Assembly (NCBI GenBank): GCA_977016875.1
Contig: CDRNST010000088.1
Span: 2,728,001 to 2,792,000, forward strand
From: Pavona decussata
Lineage: Eukaryota
Reading direction: 5' to 3'
Length of the DNA stretch: 64,000 bases
Part shown: positions 13,201 to 26,040 of the stretch, in pieces
Layout of the letters: each line of letters starts with the position of its first letter
Position numbering within the stretch: the first letter of the stretch is position 1
Notes under the pieces: model-generated
Database searches by the model: none
The model's input: the letters and a program-made list of their open reading frames with translations, nothing else
What the model was told of the DNA's origin: nothing
Position numbers and translations under genes: made by a program

Positions 13201-15045
13201 TGAAGAGTGAAGACATGTTGCCCGACCGTCCGCGGAAAATTTTATTTTTCTCTGGTCTTAAATGGCAGAAATTGTAAAACAAATTACAAACAGAAGAAAA
13301 ATTCCTTCCTCTACATCGGAAGAATCGTCGCCACCGTTGTTAAAAGCAGACACCAAAAAGCTTTGAAGGAAAAATTATGCTCTGGCGAAGTACATGACCA
13401 TGAACACGAAGTCAAAGTCGAAGCTAAAGAGCCTTTGAAAATGATGGAAAGCCTACACGAAAAGCTACAAGAGATTCTTACAAGGCGACAAGAGATTCTT
13501 ACTAAGCTAGAAAAGTTTGATGCCATTAAAAAATCAATAAAAATCAGGAAAAATCAGTAAAAATCTTCCCAGGGACTCTTGCAAAAATGGATTCAAAAAT
13601 TCGGGACCTAGAACGTTTGGAAGCCGCGGCAAACTGAGACATCAGCGAGCTAAAAGAAAGTGTAAACTTCTTAGACGCCCATTGCAGAAAAGCTATCGAC
13701 AGCTTTGACAAACAGAAAGAACAAATGGACCTGAAGCTTGCTAATTTAGAAAAGAAAGAAACCCAGCTAGTCCCTGGAGCAGGGAAATTAGAAACGAAAA
13801 ATCTGTATCTCGAAGCTTATTCACGACGAGAGAACATTAAATTCGAAAACATCATGGAAGAAACAAACCATAGCAGAGATCCAGAAGACACCGAGCATGT
13901 TCTTTGCTCCTTTCTCGAATCAGAACTAGGATACAAGGATGCCAGAAGCGTTGAGATTCAAAGAGTTCACCGAGTGGGCATGAGGAATGGCGATAAACCT
14001 AGGGTAATCATTGCAAGATTCCTGAAATACAAAAATTGCGAGAATATTCTCTCCCTTGGCCACCGCCTGAAAGGTACGGCACATAAGATGTACCAAGACC
14101 TACCCTATGGCATTGTTGAAAGAAGAAGAGCGCAAATGGAAACGTTCCTAGGGGCCAGAAGAAATAAAATCCCAGCAGCTTTCAGTAAGTCTCAACCTGA
14201 TAAACTTCATATCAGGGGAAAATTATGGCCCATCGGTGAACCGCTCAATTTGCCCTTGTAATCACACACTTCTTACTAATGCCCGGGCAATAGCCTGTCA
14301 GAATTAACAGCTCAAATTAAACCATTTTACTATTAAAACGTTCTTCTTTTTTCTCTAAAGCAGTCGCTTGAGTGCAACATATAATCAGTCATGGTAATCT
14401 ATTTCTGCAGCAGTCAATTACTACCGCTAAAATAACATCAATTAATTTCCAAGTGATTTTCCAGTCCAAAACGCAATTTAGGGCGTTTTAAGGGCCACTC
14501 ATAGAGCCTCATATATTTTTTTTCTGTAGTTAAGTTTTATGTATTTTGTAGTTCTTTTCCATCTAATGTTTATGTTCGCTTCTCGTTTGATGTGCCTCTT
14601 TCTTTTTTGCATAATCAAATTGTGCTTCAAACTATATATATGATAATAAACCCACACCCACAAGACTAATGAAAGCTGTCAAAACCGTAATAGTTCACGC
14701 TGCCGATACGCATGTATACTCAAGGCTTAATAATTTGCGTCGCAAATGAATACTAAAGAAAACCTTGACATTAAGTGTCTTTCAATCAGTATCAGAGGCC
14801 TCAACAAATCCATAAAGCGTTGGTCTGTTTTTTGATGGCTCCACAATCAAAATTCTTCCTTGACTTTTCCTCAGGAAACACATAGTTCGAAGATTAGTGC
14901 TGACACTTGGGCTGCCGAATGGGGAGGCAAATCTATCTTTAGTCATGGTTCAAAAAACAGCAATGGTGTTATGATACTAATTAATCCCAAACTAGATTGC
15001 AAAATAGGAAAATGCATTGTAGATACAAATGACAGATATGTCATC
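13200..15045 (+). mobile_element. 5' part of an L1/Tx1-clade LINE: ORF1 (coiled coil + RRM-like) and start of ORF2 endonuclease
   Basis: LEAYSRRENIKF, IQRVHRVG...PRVIIARF, YQDLP in 13725-14261; QETHS...EWGGKSIFSHGSKNSNGV in 14860-15040. Confidence 0.88.
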
Positions 15046-15600
15046 ACCTGTTTTGATCTTATCCTTACTAATGTTCCTGCCTTCATGAGAGAATCTGTGA
15101 CTATCGAGACCGGTCTGAGTGACCATTGTCTTGTTTACACCATGCTAAACACGAAACTATTGCAACCTAGATCGGAAAGTATTTTCAAGAGATCGCTAAA
15201 AAATTTTGATCAAACAGCTTCTCTGGACGACCTCAGTAGAGTGCCTTTCTATGCTGCCTATGTCTTCGAAGATCCGGATGACGATCACGGCCCTATTAGG
15301 AAAGTAAATATGTGACAATCAATGGGATCCAAATTTATAACCACAGAAATTCAACATGCCTTAAGAGAGCGTGATCGTTTTTAGAAAATTTTTCATAAAA
15401 CTAGACACAAGACTGATTGGGAAAACTATCGTCAGGCTAGCAAATAGGAAATATGGTAGGAAAATATTGTAGGACATATTGGGGGAAATGGTCACGACAA
15501 CAGTGATGCAGCCCTGTTGGCCTCCAGGTTCTTCCCCAACCCCTCCCCTCCTCATTCTTTACATCTGGAGACTGCAACGGTACTGAATAACACAGCCAAA
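15046..15600 (+). mobile_element. L2/CR1-like ORF2 fragment fused to the L1 piece
   Basis: DLILTN...TGLSDHCLVY...RSLKNFD: end of an APE domain and linker of L2/CR1 type. Confidence 0.65.
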
Positions 15601-17097
15601 TAAATTTAAAAAATGAAATCACTAAAAATCGTAAATGTGCATGGGTGTAATAACTAGTATTTCAGAATCAAATTATAAGTGTTATAAAGGTAATTCCTAT
15701 GGTCAGGAATTTTGCGTTACAGTAATTTGATACCTGCTCTGGCTAACAGAAGCTCCCCCTCAGTTTTCAGTGTTGAGTCTGCAAAGCTAGCACCAAAGGC
15801 CCTTAGATGGTCCCGGATGTCTTTGCCACAATCTTTGATTAGAATACATTGCGTATTTCCTGGATTCCCAAAAGTGTGTCCACATTGTCCTCCAACAAGC
15901 GAAGCATATTCACACGATGCCATTTCGGCGCGATTTGTTTGGTGGTGATACCAGAATCAACGTTAGTTGATTGCAGGGCAAAGGAAACAAACTGAAGCGA
16001 TCTAAATACCAATGTGGGTTAACTGCATGATTAAAAAGTTCCATGAATCAAAATTAAACTTACAAGAAAATCGTTGTTAGAGATATCGAAGTGACAAATG
16101 CAATTTCGATTAAAAATACCCTTGGTAAGCAGTTTCTGCAAGTGTAACGCAAATGAAAATGTATATGTCGTTCCTTGTTATTTTCCTGGTTTCTACAGTA
16201 CTCAGAAGGCTCACTCAAAGGTATGAATTACGTAGCAATCGTACTTACAGTTCCATTTGTTCTAGCATAAGATTTAATGTCAAAAATTCTGGTCCAAATT
16301 GATTTGACGCTTACGAGTGTTTTGATGTTGGCTAATGTAAACTAACGCATGCACGCTTTTGAACTCGGGGTCAAATAAAATTGCTTAAATCTTTTGTTTC
16401 TGCCCCGAAATGAGTTAAAACCAAGGAAAATAAAACTGTGAACGTTGACCAATGCCCTGCAGTAAGTACCAATTAACCATTGGTGTTCAAATATTTTTCA
16501 TGTTCGTGTTAACGCAGTTGTTGTATGGAAACACAGAGACAAGAAAGCTCAAATTTCGCTAAAGTATAACTTGTAACTGGCGTCCTCAAAAATTTTCTTT
16601 TGAGTTGCCCATACTTTTGAAAACGGATTTTATACGAGGAAATGCTCTTTCACGTGGTTTAAGTCCTTGTACTTAACGCCATGTACCAGTCGATGATTTT
16701 AGCCTCGCAAATTTGTCAATTTTGCATCACAAGAAATCACTCCAAAAATTGTAAATAATAAAAAATCTCCCACATATTTTATTTTTATGTCAGATGAGAA
16801 ATATACCATTCAAAACGTCCATATTTTTGTATTTATCAGACTGGATGTTGTTTGTTTGGGACAAAACTTATTCGATTTTTAAAACAAAGTATTTGCATCC
16901 TGTGGTGTCAGACACCAAAAACCCGGTTGAGGAGCTGCGAAACTAAGATCATCACCTCCCAAGTAAAATAATTATCAGATCCAGGTAAAACATGTTTTTC
17001 TTGCAGTAGTTTACCATGGGCTATCTTTTGAATTTCTTGAGAATTTTCAATTTTTTGCTATTGCACACGTGCAATTGATATTTCCAGACATCCGCTC
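15600..17097 (-). mobile_element. 5' end of a Sola3-like DNA transposon with the first exon of its protein (15923 to ~15730)
   Basis: Minus-strand terminus TTAA|GAGCGGATGTCTGG (TTAA at 17098-17101) matches the Sola3 GAG end and TTAA target. Cys-rich ORF MASCEYASLVGGQCG...ELLLARAG. The second end is not visible. Confidence 0.6.
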
Positions 17098-17479
17098 TTA
17101 AATTGTTTGAAACTGAAATCTTATGTTATTTTCTTAAAATCAAACTTGTGGGGCACTTTAACCCTCAATTGATAGCCCTTATGCCCTGTTATATCACATT
17201 AGAGCCTCACTTTTAAAGTGCGAATTTGTTATTTTCATTAGGAATGAATTTCCAGAACAGGCCATAGGACAAGCAAAACAATCAGATCTTTAGAGTTAAA
17301 GAGTGAATTACTAAAGCGGTGCATCAAGAAAGCCCTAAGTGACATCTCATAGACTGCTAGATTCTCTGAGCTAATGGCCTTGTGCTCCCTATTAAAAAAA
17401 AAACAATTTCACATTGGAAAAAGAGTCACTTAGGACTTTTTTTTCCATACACTCCTTCAATTACTGACTTAAAGTGGAT

Positions 17480-20400
17480 CTGCTAGAATATCTTCAGGCT
17501 GATGGAAAGACTGTGTAATGGTTTACTTGTGCCTAGCTGGCAGGTGTGTACGTCCAGCAACAAAGATTGAGTTGTCCTCTCGTTGATTAATAATCAGTGG
17601 GTGCAGACAGAGAGGGTGGCTTCTTAATTCTTTGTCCTCATCGACTTCGGGTCAGACATCAAAGGACGGCAAGTCTTCTTCTGAATACCTTTCATTCAGG
17701 GTCCGATAGTAAAAGGGAAGTTCAGTGTTCACTCTCTTGCTGAATTCCCTACACAATAAAAGAGAAACAATATGGGCTTTAAATCGGTAAACTGGTAACT
17801 TTAATGCATGGAATCTTATCACCAATGTTTCTCTTGCCATGATTGGGCTGATTGAGACAAAGTGGCCTAATGATTATAAAGACTCCATAAGGGGTGGCCG
17901 TTTCTATCCCCGGGTGGAGCCATTGTCATGAGTTTAGGCAAGAGACTTGGCTCTCAAGGCACTTCTTTCTACTGAAATAATGGGATAGGGCAACCTAACA
18001 AAATGCCGAGAGCTGTAAGGGAGTAGTATCCCATCCCATGCAACTCAATTGTCATTTAGAAGCAGTTGTATTCAAGAATTTTTCAAATACTAATAAACTG
18101 TACTATCTTCTCCATAGTAAATTTGATTAAGATGCGGATACACGAGTATAAACATTACTATTTAAAAAAAAAATAGTATTAATATGCAACAGTTGACTGA
18201 CCACCTTTCACTTAACTCTGTTGTTTCAAATGGTTACCTAACTCCCCTTAGCCAGTACTCTTTGACCAGCTTTAGGAAAAAGACATTTCCTGTCTTTGTG
18301 GGTGATGGTGGAAAATGTTTCGAGGTCATCAGTAACAGCAGCACGGGGGTGCTCAGGCTAACCAATTACATTTTTAGTAATCTTTTTTGTTCCTGGCTTT
18401 CAATGTTGGTCGTGACTTTGGTTACAGTCTCACAGGAAAACACAAAAATGTCTTTAACAGGCCTGAAAATTGGAACAATTACATGTGCATTCGTTGAATC
18501 CACAATGCTTTTTCATATTACTCTATCCGTGCTAAAGGTATGAGTTTCCCACACTGATAAAATAAAGACATTAATTTCTGTGATATAATGATTTATTTGT
18601 TTCCACGCTATGGTAGGAAAACTGTTTTAGTTGAAAAAATTCAATATAACAACTCAGATATCCAATTTACAAAAAATCATGTCACTAAAATATCACTGAC
18701 AGCAAGTACACTTGGATTACAAAAGAACTACTAGAACTTTCAGAGACAACAAGCATTACCTCTCAATGGATGTACATCAATCAACCAAGCAATCAATCCT
18801 GTATTTTAATGTGGTAGGATGCTTAGCTAAAAGCTAGTTTACAGGTACGCCACAAAATAATTAAGATTAAAAAAGAAAAGGAAAAACTTTATTAGAATCT
18901 ATCTCTGTAAATTTAATATATTAGCTACAGTTATAACTTTTTAAAAATGATTAAGAAATAAAGTAGTTATGAACATGTAATCTTAACCAGGTGAACATAA
19001 AGAGGATGTAATGTGTGCTATGTACTTTTTTGGATCCCTGCAAAGTTAATAACAAGCTTCCCCATCATTTATTAGCTTTTCAGTTACCTGTTGATGTTTA
19101 TTGTAGAGAAGTGATGATTTGCGCGATGCCAAGGCATCCACTCATCAAGGATAAGCGCTAGCATCTGGTAATTGCACTTGCATCTGGTGAGCTGGTAAGC
19201 CACGCCCATCTGATGCTTCATGCCACTTAACGGTACTTCCACATGTTCAGCCTCTCTGTTATGACCGTACCTCTCCAATGAGAAAAACGTTCAAGCTCTG
19301 CTTTCGCTTACCAGGGAAAGCTGCGTGTGTGAGAAAACTATTGGGACCCTTCAAGACATCACCAAAGGCTTCATAATTCAACATGGTATTACCACCATTT
19401 CGCACATGTTGTGCTATTCTCTTTAGATGTGATTGTGATCACCCCGATCATGTCGCTCCTCACCAGTAGTGGGGTCAACTTCAGGGACATACAGATGCTG
19501 TGTGAGGTGAACACCCTCTCTCTGAAACTCCTGGATGGAATGTCGGTACACATTTGTAGCTACAATGGAGCGTAGTTTATCCAGCATGGTTTCTGGGGGG
19601 TTTTCCCTGAATGGGAAGGGTTCATATCCACCTGGGACAGGGCTTCTGCGTATAAAGGTGATGGTATCCTCCAATGACATGCCTTGAGCATACCTCAGGT
19701 TGTGAAGGTGGAGAATGACATTGTCAGGAATGCCAGGATGGTTTAAAGGAATGTTTCAAAAATTGTTGGTTTGCTCATCTTCTTTACACTTTCCTTGGCA
19801 TCACGTATCAGTTGCCGTACACACAGTGCTCTCGTCTCTCCTTTTGTTTTCAAGGAGTAAAACTCCCCATCTGAAACAGTGCCTAAAAGAAGTGAACATT
19901 AACATTTAAAAAGTAACAAGTCCATTCCTCGTTTACTCCAGAGTTACAAAAAAGCAGTGCAATGTACTTATTTATCACTTTGCTAATACATTCAAAATTT
20001 CAAACTGAAAATTTCATCCTTAAATGCATACAATGTATCCCACCAACTGCACCCCTTCCCCCTCCCTTCCCACAAAGAGTGTGTGTCGTACAGGTCACTG
20101 CTTCTCTTCTGAGTAATTTCGTAGTAAGTGCAAGATTTGTATACTAACCCACTACTGTTAAAGCCTTTTCTTTCATCTTTAACTTGATGTCTCTGTTGAA
20201 ATCCCTGATGTATTGGTCTTTTGATGTCCTGTAAGGTAAGAGCGTAGGGCTTTCGGGATGTTTTCTTATCTGACAACATGAAAACCAGGACATGTGATGC
20301 TGAGTTTCGTTTCTTCTTCTATTCTTAAGAGTGACTCTGGCCCTCTGAAAGATCCGAGTAGTACAAGTGGCAGGGTTAAGAATTGCAAACACAGCTTTTA

Positions 20401-21240
20401 AGGTGGCAATAATTGAGTGGGCTTCCTGAGCAAGGGTTTGGTATTCCACGACTTCCCAACTTGAATTCTTTAGGGCTTCTTTTGATGTGCTGTTGTTGTT
20501 ATACTTTTTTTCTGTAGTCGTCAAAAGCAACACTCAGGCCATCAAGTACAAAGTTTTTGTCTGCATCCAATTCGTCAAGCATATTCCGTAAAGCATCTTC
20601 CAATACACTACTGCTTTCTGCCTTTGGCAAAACTTCAAACACCTGCAGCCGATTCTCATAAGCCGACCTCAACTGTTGCAGTTTTAATCCCCAACATCCA
20701 CATCACCGTTCCATACTCCTTTCATTGATTCCATAAGGCAAGCTCTCACATCTGTTTCATCTAGTTTCAACCAAAACCTCCCATTTACTGATTTAAGCGA
20801 CTCCTAAGCTGCCTCAATAATATAAAACAGGTGATTGCTGTAGAGACATGCCATATTTCTTCCAATAAATAAAAACATGTACCTCAAGAAGGTACATGTG
20901 GTACCACCCCTCTCTCCCTTGTTGGAATGAACGTCTGGCTAAAGAGAAGCAGGGATTACTCCAAGCTCCAAGAGCATCATATTTATCCCTTGACATAAAA
21001 TAATTTTATAACAAAGTGTTGTTATAGTCAACTTTAACCCGTATAAAGAACCACCCCTCATGTCCATTATGGTTAAAATTTGTTGATGGGTTGATACCAT
21101 TTAGAATGTTTTTTCCAAATGGTGTCAGCCTATCGGAAATTCAGACCTGTAACAAATAGATTACCTGTACAGCAGTGCTCTGAGTAAAGGGTGACTTCTT
21201 ATCTTGTCTCCACTGTGTGGTTCTGCAGGGCACATTGATT
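17480..21240 (-). pseudogene. Degenerate multi-exon transposase-like gene, P-element-like motif order, family uncertain
   Basis: Fragments FWLKLDETDV..WNGDVD (~20780-20700), HVLVFMLSD (~20290), YVPEVDP..DHNHI*R (~19500-19420) and LPFYYRTLNERY (~17720). Confidence 0.5.
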
Positions 21241-21327
21241 TTTGCCTAACACAAGGAATAAAAATGAGAGAAAACAGGCTATTACTCTGCCAGTAATAAA
21301 CAAACGAGGTCTTCATTCACTGATGCA

Positions 21328-21536
21328 TTTGTCAGAGACAACAAAGCTTCAATTTGATTAAAAATGCCATACATTGCTTTGTACTTTAGCACATTTAAGA
21401 ATTGTTTCTTGATAATCTCAAAAAAAAAATGCGCGGTTGGACCCCATTTTCGTTTTGGATTCTAAAAGCCCTGGCTAAGATTTCCTTTTTTCAGAGTAAT
21501 AAACTGCGCAAAAATACCTCTGTATCGGTCCTTAAG
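21328..21536. mobile_element. Partial MITE related to 36885-37273
   Basis: Shares acattgcttt..., aaaatgcg..acccc..ttttggatt.., aaaaatac.tctgtat and ends gtccTTAA. Confidence 0.7.
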
Positions 21537-21647
21537 CAAGGCACTGGGGTCTGTGCATCAACCAATCAGCTCGTGGGGTTTGAAGATCTTTAAATACCAA
21601 CCAGGGTCTCCCAGACCATTGACTTTAAGGAAGAAACAGATCAAGAA

Positions 21648-22220
21648 ATGGCGGCGAATTCAGTTCAGTCTAACAGTGAAAATGAAGCTTCTAATGATGA
21701 CAATTCTGATGTATCTCAAGAAGAAGAAGAAACGAAAGCCGGCTCTGACAAGCCCTGCATGGAAAAAAAATTAGTCTTTTCTGGTCCTCAATTTAAGGAT
21801 ACTTCATCTTGCCAGTGGCAAGTTTTCCACTGCATCAAAAAAAAAATGTTTCGGCACTGTGTCTGGAATACATTAAAGTTTTGAGTGAAATCAATTTTGG
21901 AGAAAATCTGGATAAACAAGTTCAGCTCCTTTATGGTGTATGTGATGGTGAAACTCACAGTTCAGCCTTCTTCAATGAACATGGTCAGATTTATAAGATG
22001 ACTGACAATACTTTCAATAACAATAAGCCAATGTTGTGCTTACCTGATTCTCCCCATAAGATTAACAAAATAAGAAATTTCATCATTTCAGAAAATCCCA
22101 TCTCAAGTATAATGGCTCTAAAATCAATTTGTCACACCTGTTGGATGCAACTGAGCGTGGTCGGACCAAAGTATCATTAAAGCATCTTTTCCTGACAACT
22201 AGAAATAAGATGTTTTTTAA
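21648..22220 (+). pseudogene. P-element-like transposase relic, 5' part
   Basis: VCDG, PDSPHKINKIRN (DxxHxxKxxRN) and RNKMFFK, cut at the TTAA of the Kolobok insertion. Confidence 0.7.
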
Positions 22221-22580
22221 AGTAGCAGCACTGGGTAATTTTAGGTTCTTTTTTCGGATTGAAAATCTATATGTGGGAAGTCCAATCGGTCCAAAATCGA
22301 ACCATGTAATTAGTTTTGTACTTCACATTTGTTATCAAGAAAATAGCACTTGCAAAGTTTCGAAATTTACCGGAATTTCAATTTCCGTTTCTAAGGCATG
22401 CGTCCACATGCTGCCCATGGGAGCCCATGAGAGAGTAATTTGAGTCTGCTGTCCAGCGGTTTTGTTTCCCTCACAGGTTCCAACTTTACATGGCTGACAG
22501 TGGCGTACATCTCGAAGCAGCTTTTTTGTAATTCGACTAACTCGTATTGATTGAATCAAAAGTATTTTTCAAATAGTGTT

Positions 22581-25550
22581 TGTAGTGTATGCCGGGATAC
22601 CCACAAGATTATTATAGGATAGGGGCCTGAGAGAATCTGTAATGTCGGTTCATGTTGAGTTTGATCTCGTGGATTAAATCCGGTTCAATCACACTGATTT
22701 GCTTGAATGCGTGTTTACAAAGTCTACAATGGCGACAAGGATAAACTAGGAAGTTAACTTATCTAAGGATGGCCGTCAATACCGAGTTTGGAAACATAAA
22801 CACTTTCGATTCCATGGGTAACCCAGCGAGCGTGGGCCTGCGTTGGCAACGATGAAAACAATCGTTCGAGTTCTTCCTGGAGGCCAAGAGCATCACAAAG
22901 GACTCTCAGCAAAAGGCTTTGCTGTTACATTGTGCTGGCCAAGATGTACAAGATATCTTCGATACCCTAACTGATCCTGGACCAGTTCCTGTGAAGGTCG
23001 CTCGATGCACATTTCTTACCACAAGTTAATGTCCCATTTAAAAGGCACCAGTTCCGATAAGTAAAACAGGAGGAATCAAAAACCGCCAACTAATTTGTGA
23101 CCAGATTATTCCAGCTTGCCGAGAAGTGCAACTTTGGGAAGCCAAGGAAGAAACATCCACGATCAGCTAATCGATAAGTGTCGGTCGCATGATCTTCGCA
23201 AGAAACTTCTGGCAGTGAGTGGCAAACTTACTCTTCAAAAGGCCCGAGATGTTGCTAGATCCATATGATGACAAAACAAGGAAAGGAGACATTCGTCAGG
23301 TTAGTGAAGACAACGGTTTCGCATTTACTATTCACACAAGGGGAAAGGAAATACCAACCGTAGACATTGAGCTTGGAGGAGTACAACTGAAAGGAGTTCT
23401 TGTTGATTCTGGGTCCAACAGCAATGTCATTGACAGGGGTACATGGGAGATGCTGAAGAGAAACAACATCAAATGTGACTCAAGGGAATCAAACCGGAAA
23501 TTGTACTCCTATGGCTGTGATGAGCCACTTACCACGGCTGGTGAGTTTGAAACTGAACTATGTTATAAAGATAAAGTTTACCCTGCATGTTTTGTTGTTG
23601 TGGAAAAGAAAGCTAGGGCGATACTTAGCCGCCAAACCTCAGAGGAGTTAGGGATATTAAAGATTGAAAACAACACTGTCAGCGATGATACATTGCTGGA
23701 AGAATATCCCGAGTGTTTTCAGGGGATGGGGAAACTAAAGGGTTTCCAAGCAAAGCTCCACATTGACGAATCAGCCAAGCCCATTGCACAGAAGTTGAGA
23801 CCCCCACCTTTTGGGCTAAGAGACAAAATCGAACAGAAGCTGGAAGAGCTGGTGAATTCCGACATAATTGAACCTGTCCAAGGCCCGACATCATGGGTGA
23901 GCCCAGTTGTAGTAGTCCCCAAGCCCTCAGGAGATGTCACGCTCTGCGTAGATATGAGAAAGGCTAACAAGGCTGTAGCACGGGAACGTCACCCCATATC
24001 CACTGTGGACGACATCTTGTATCGACTGAATGGGAGTACGGTGTTTAGTAAGCTGGATCTTAAATGGGGGTTCCACCAGATTGAGTTGGAACAACAGTCT
24101 AGAACTATCACCACATTTATTACTCACAAAGGGCGGTATAGATATAAACGCCTAATGTTTGGCATTAGCTCCGCCCCTGAATGGTATCAGCATACTATTC
24201 AGCAAGCGTTGGCCGGTTGCAAGGGTGCCTACAACATCAATGACGATATTATCATTCATAGTCGCACAGTGGAAGAGCATGACAGTAGGTTGCGAAAAAC
24301 CCTGGAATGTATCTGTGAGAAGGGACTAACTCTGAGCAGGGAGAAGTGTATGTTTGGGATGTCACAGCTTACTTTCATGGGATACTTGCTGTCAAGCAAA
24401 GGAATTGGCCCTACAGAGTCACGTGTTAAAGCGGTGTTGCGAGCTAAAGAGCCTGGAAATGCTGAGGAGGTCCGCAGTTTCCTAGGATTAGTGAACTTTA
24501 GTGCCAGGTTCATCCCTAATTTAGCAAGTATAACAGAGCCCCTCCGACAGTTAACAAGGAAGAATGTAACCTTTGTTTGGGGTTCAGAATAACAAGCCGC
24601 TTTTGACACCTTGAAGAGTAAGTTTCCTAGGATAAGTGAACTTTAGTGCCAGGTTCATCCCTAATTGAGCAAGTATAACAGAGCCCCTCCGAGAGTTAAC
24701 AAGGAAGAATGTAACCTTTGTTTGGGGTTCAGAATAACAAGCCGCTTTTGACACCTTGAAGAGTAACCTAGGAAATACAGAAACCTTGGCTTACTTTGAC
24801 CGAAATTCAGAAGAAATAAAGCTTGTCACAGATGCGAACCCTGTAGGACTTGGAGCGGTGCGGTGCTAGGAAGGACAGGAGCGTGTGGTCGCATACGCAA
24901 GCCGAAGTTTGACGGATGTCCAGCTTAGATACTCGCAGACAGAAAGAGAGGGACTGGGTCTTGTATGAGGGTGTGAGAGATTTCATGTCTATCTATATGG
25001 GATGGACTTTACGTTGCTAACAGACCACAAGCCGTTAGAGGTTATCTACTCAACCAGTTCTCACAACTAGGCAAGAATAGAGCAGTGGGTCCTTCGAGTT
25101 CAACCGTACAGGTTCCGCGTACAGTATGTGCCAGGCAAACAGCATTGCTGACTCACTTTCACAGCTTACTGTAAAGGACGAATTGAGAATTAGTTCTGAT
25201 GATACAGAAGAGTTTATTAGGTTTGTAGCAGAAGCCTTAGCACCAGTAGCAATACCCAGAAGAGAGATTGAAGAAGAATCAGCTGTTGATCCAGAAATGT
25301 CACGGCTATGGGAATGCATCTCAACGGGAGACTGGGACAAAGCCCCGCCACAGTACAAAGCCGTAAGAAATGAACTTTGCACCTTAGACAAGTTAGTGCT
25401 AAGGGGAACAAGACTGCTTATCCCAACAAGGTTACGTCGGAGGGTTTTAGATTTGGCGCATGAGGGCCACCAGGATGTGGTGAAGACAAAGCAGAGGCTA
25501 CGAACAAAAGTTTGGTGGGCTGGAATTGACAAACAAGTAGAAGATCGGTG
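22581..25550 (+). mobile_element. 3'-truncated Gypsy LTR retrotransposon
   Basis: 148-bp LTR TGTAG...CTACA (22581-22728), PBS TGGCGAC, decayed gag, pol motifs LVDSGS, LDLKWGFHQ, INDDII, RNase H TDA/TDHKPL, integrase zinc finger AHEGH. No 3' LTR. Confidence 0.92.
24476..24765. repeat. 145-bp tandem duplication within Gypsy pol
   Basis: agtttcctagga... at 24476 and 24621; near-identical copies. Confidence 0.95.
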
Positions 25551-26040
25551 GGGCCGAGTAATGGCGGAATAGGACGTTTGCGTTTGTCGTCTGCCTTCGA
25601 TAGCAATTTTCGAAAAGCATAAATGGCCAATGTATTGGAACGTTATACGTCAAGACGTAGAAATAGATTGTCTAATTCCTCAAAAGACTCCAAAAACTCT
25701 CCAGAAAAAAAGAAAGCTAAAGGTCAAGTTCAGAATAGTTCTGTCGAAGAAGAAGGTGACAACGTCTTGACAGCTCTTACAATGTCAGAAAATGTCAGTC
25801 GCCAGTTGGAGCAGATACTAGGAAAGTTGACAAAATTGGACAGTATCGAAAATGCCTTGGAAAAGATTGAAACAAAATTAGAAAATTTAGAGTCAAGAAC
25901 AAAGGTACTGGAGGATGCCCAACATGGCAACCAACACGAAATAGCTGTCATGAAGGATAACATTAAGATGAAGAAAAAGAATCTTGAAGACATCACTGCA
26001 AAACAAGCAGCCTCTGAGGCAGAATTGGCCAACTTCACAC
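25551..26040 (+). mobile_element. 5' UTR and ORF1 start of an L1/Tx1-like LINE (truncated)
   Basis: GC-rich start, then ORF at 25623 with SPEKKKAK and a long coiled coil like the ORF1 at 13.3-14.2 kb. Confidence 0.65.
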
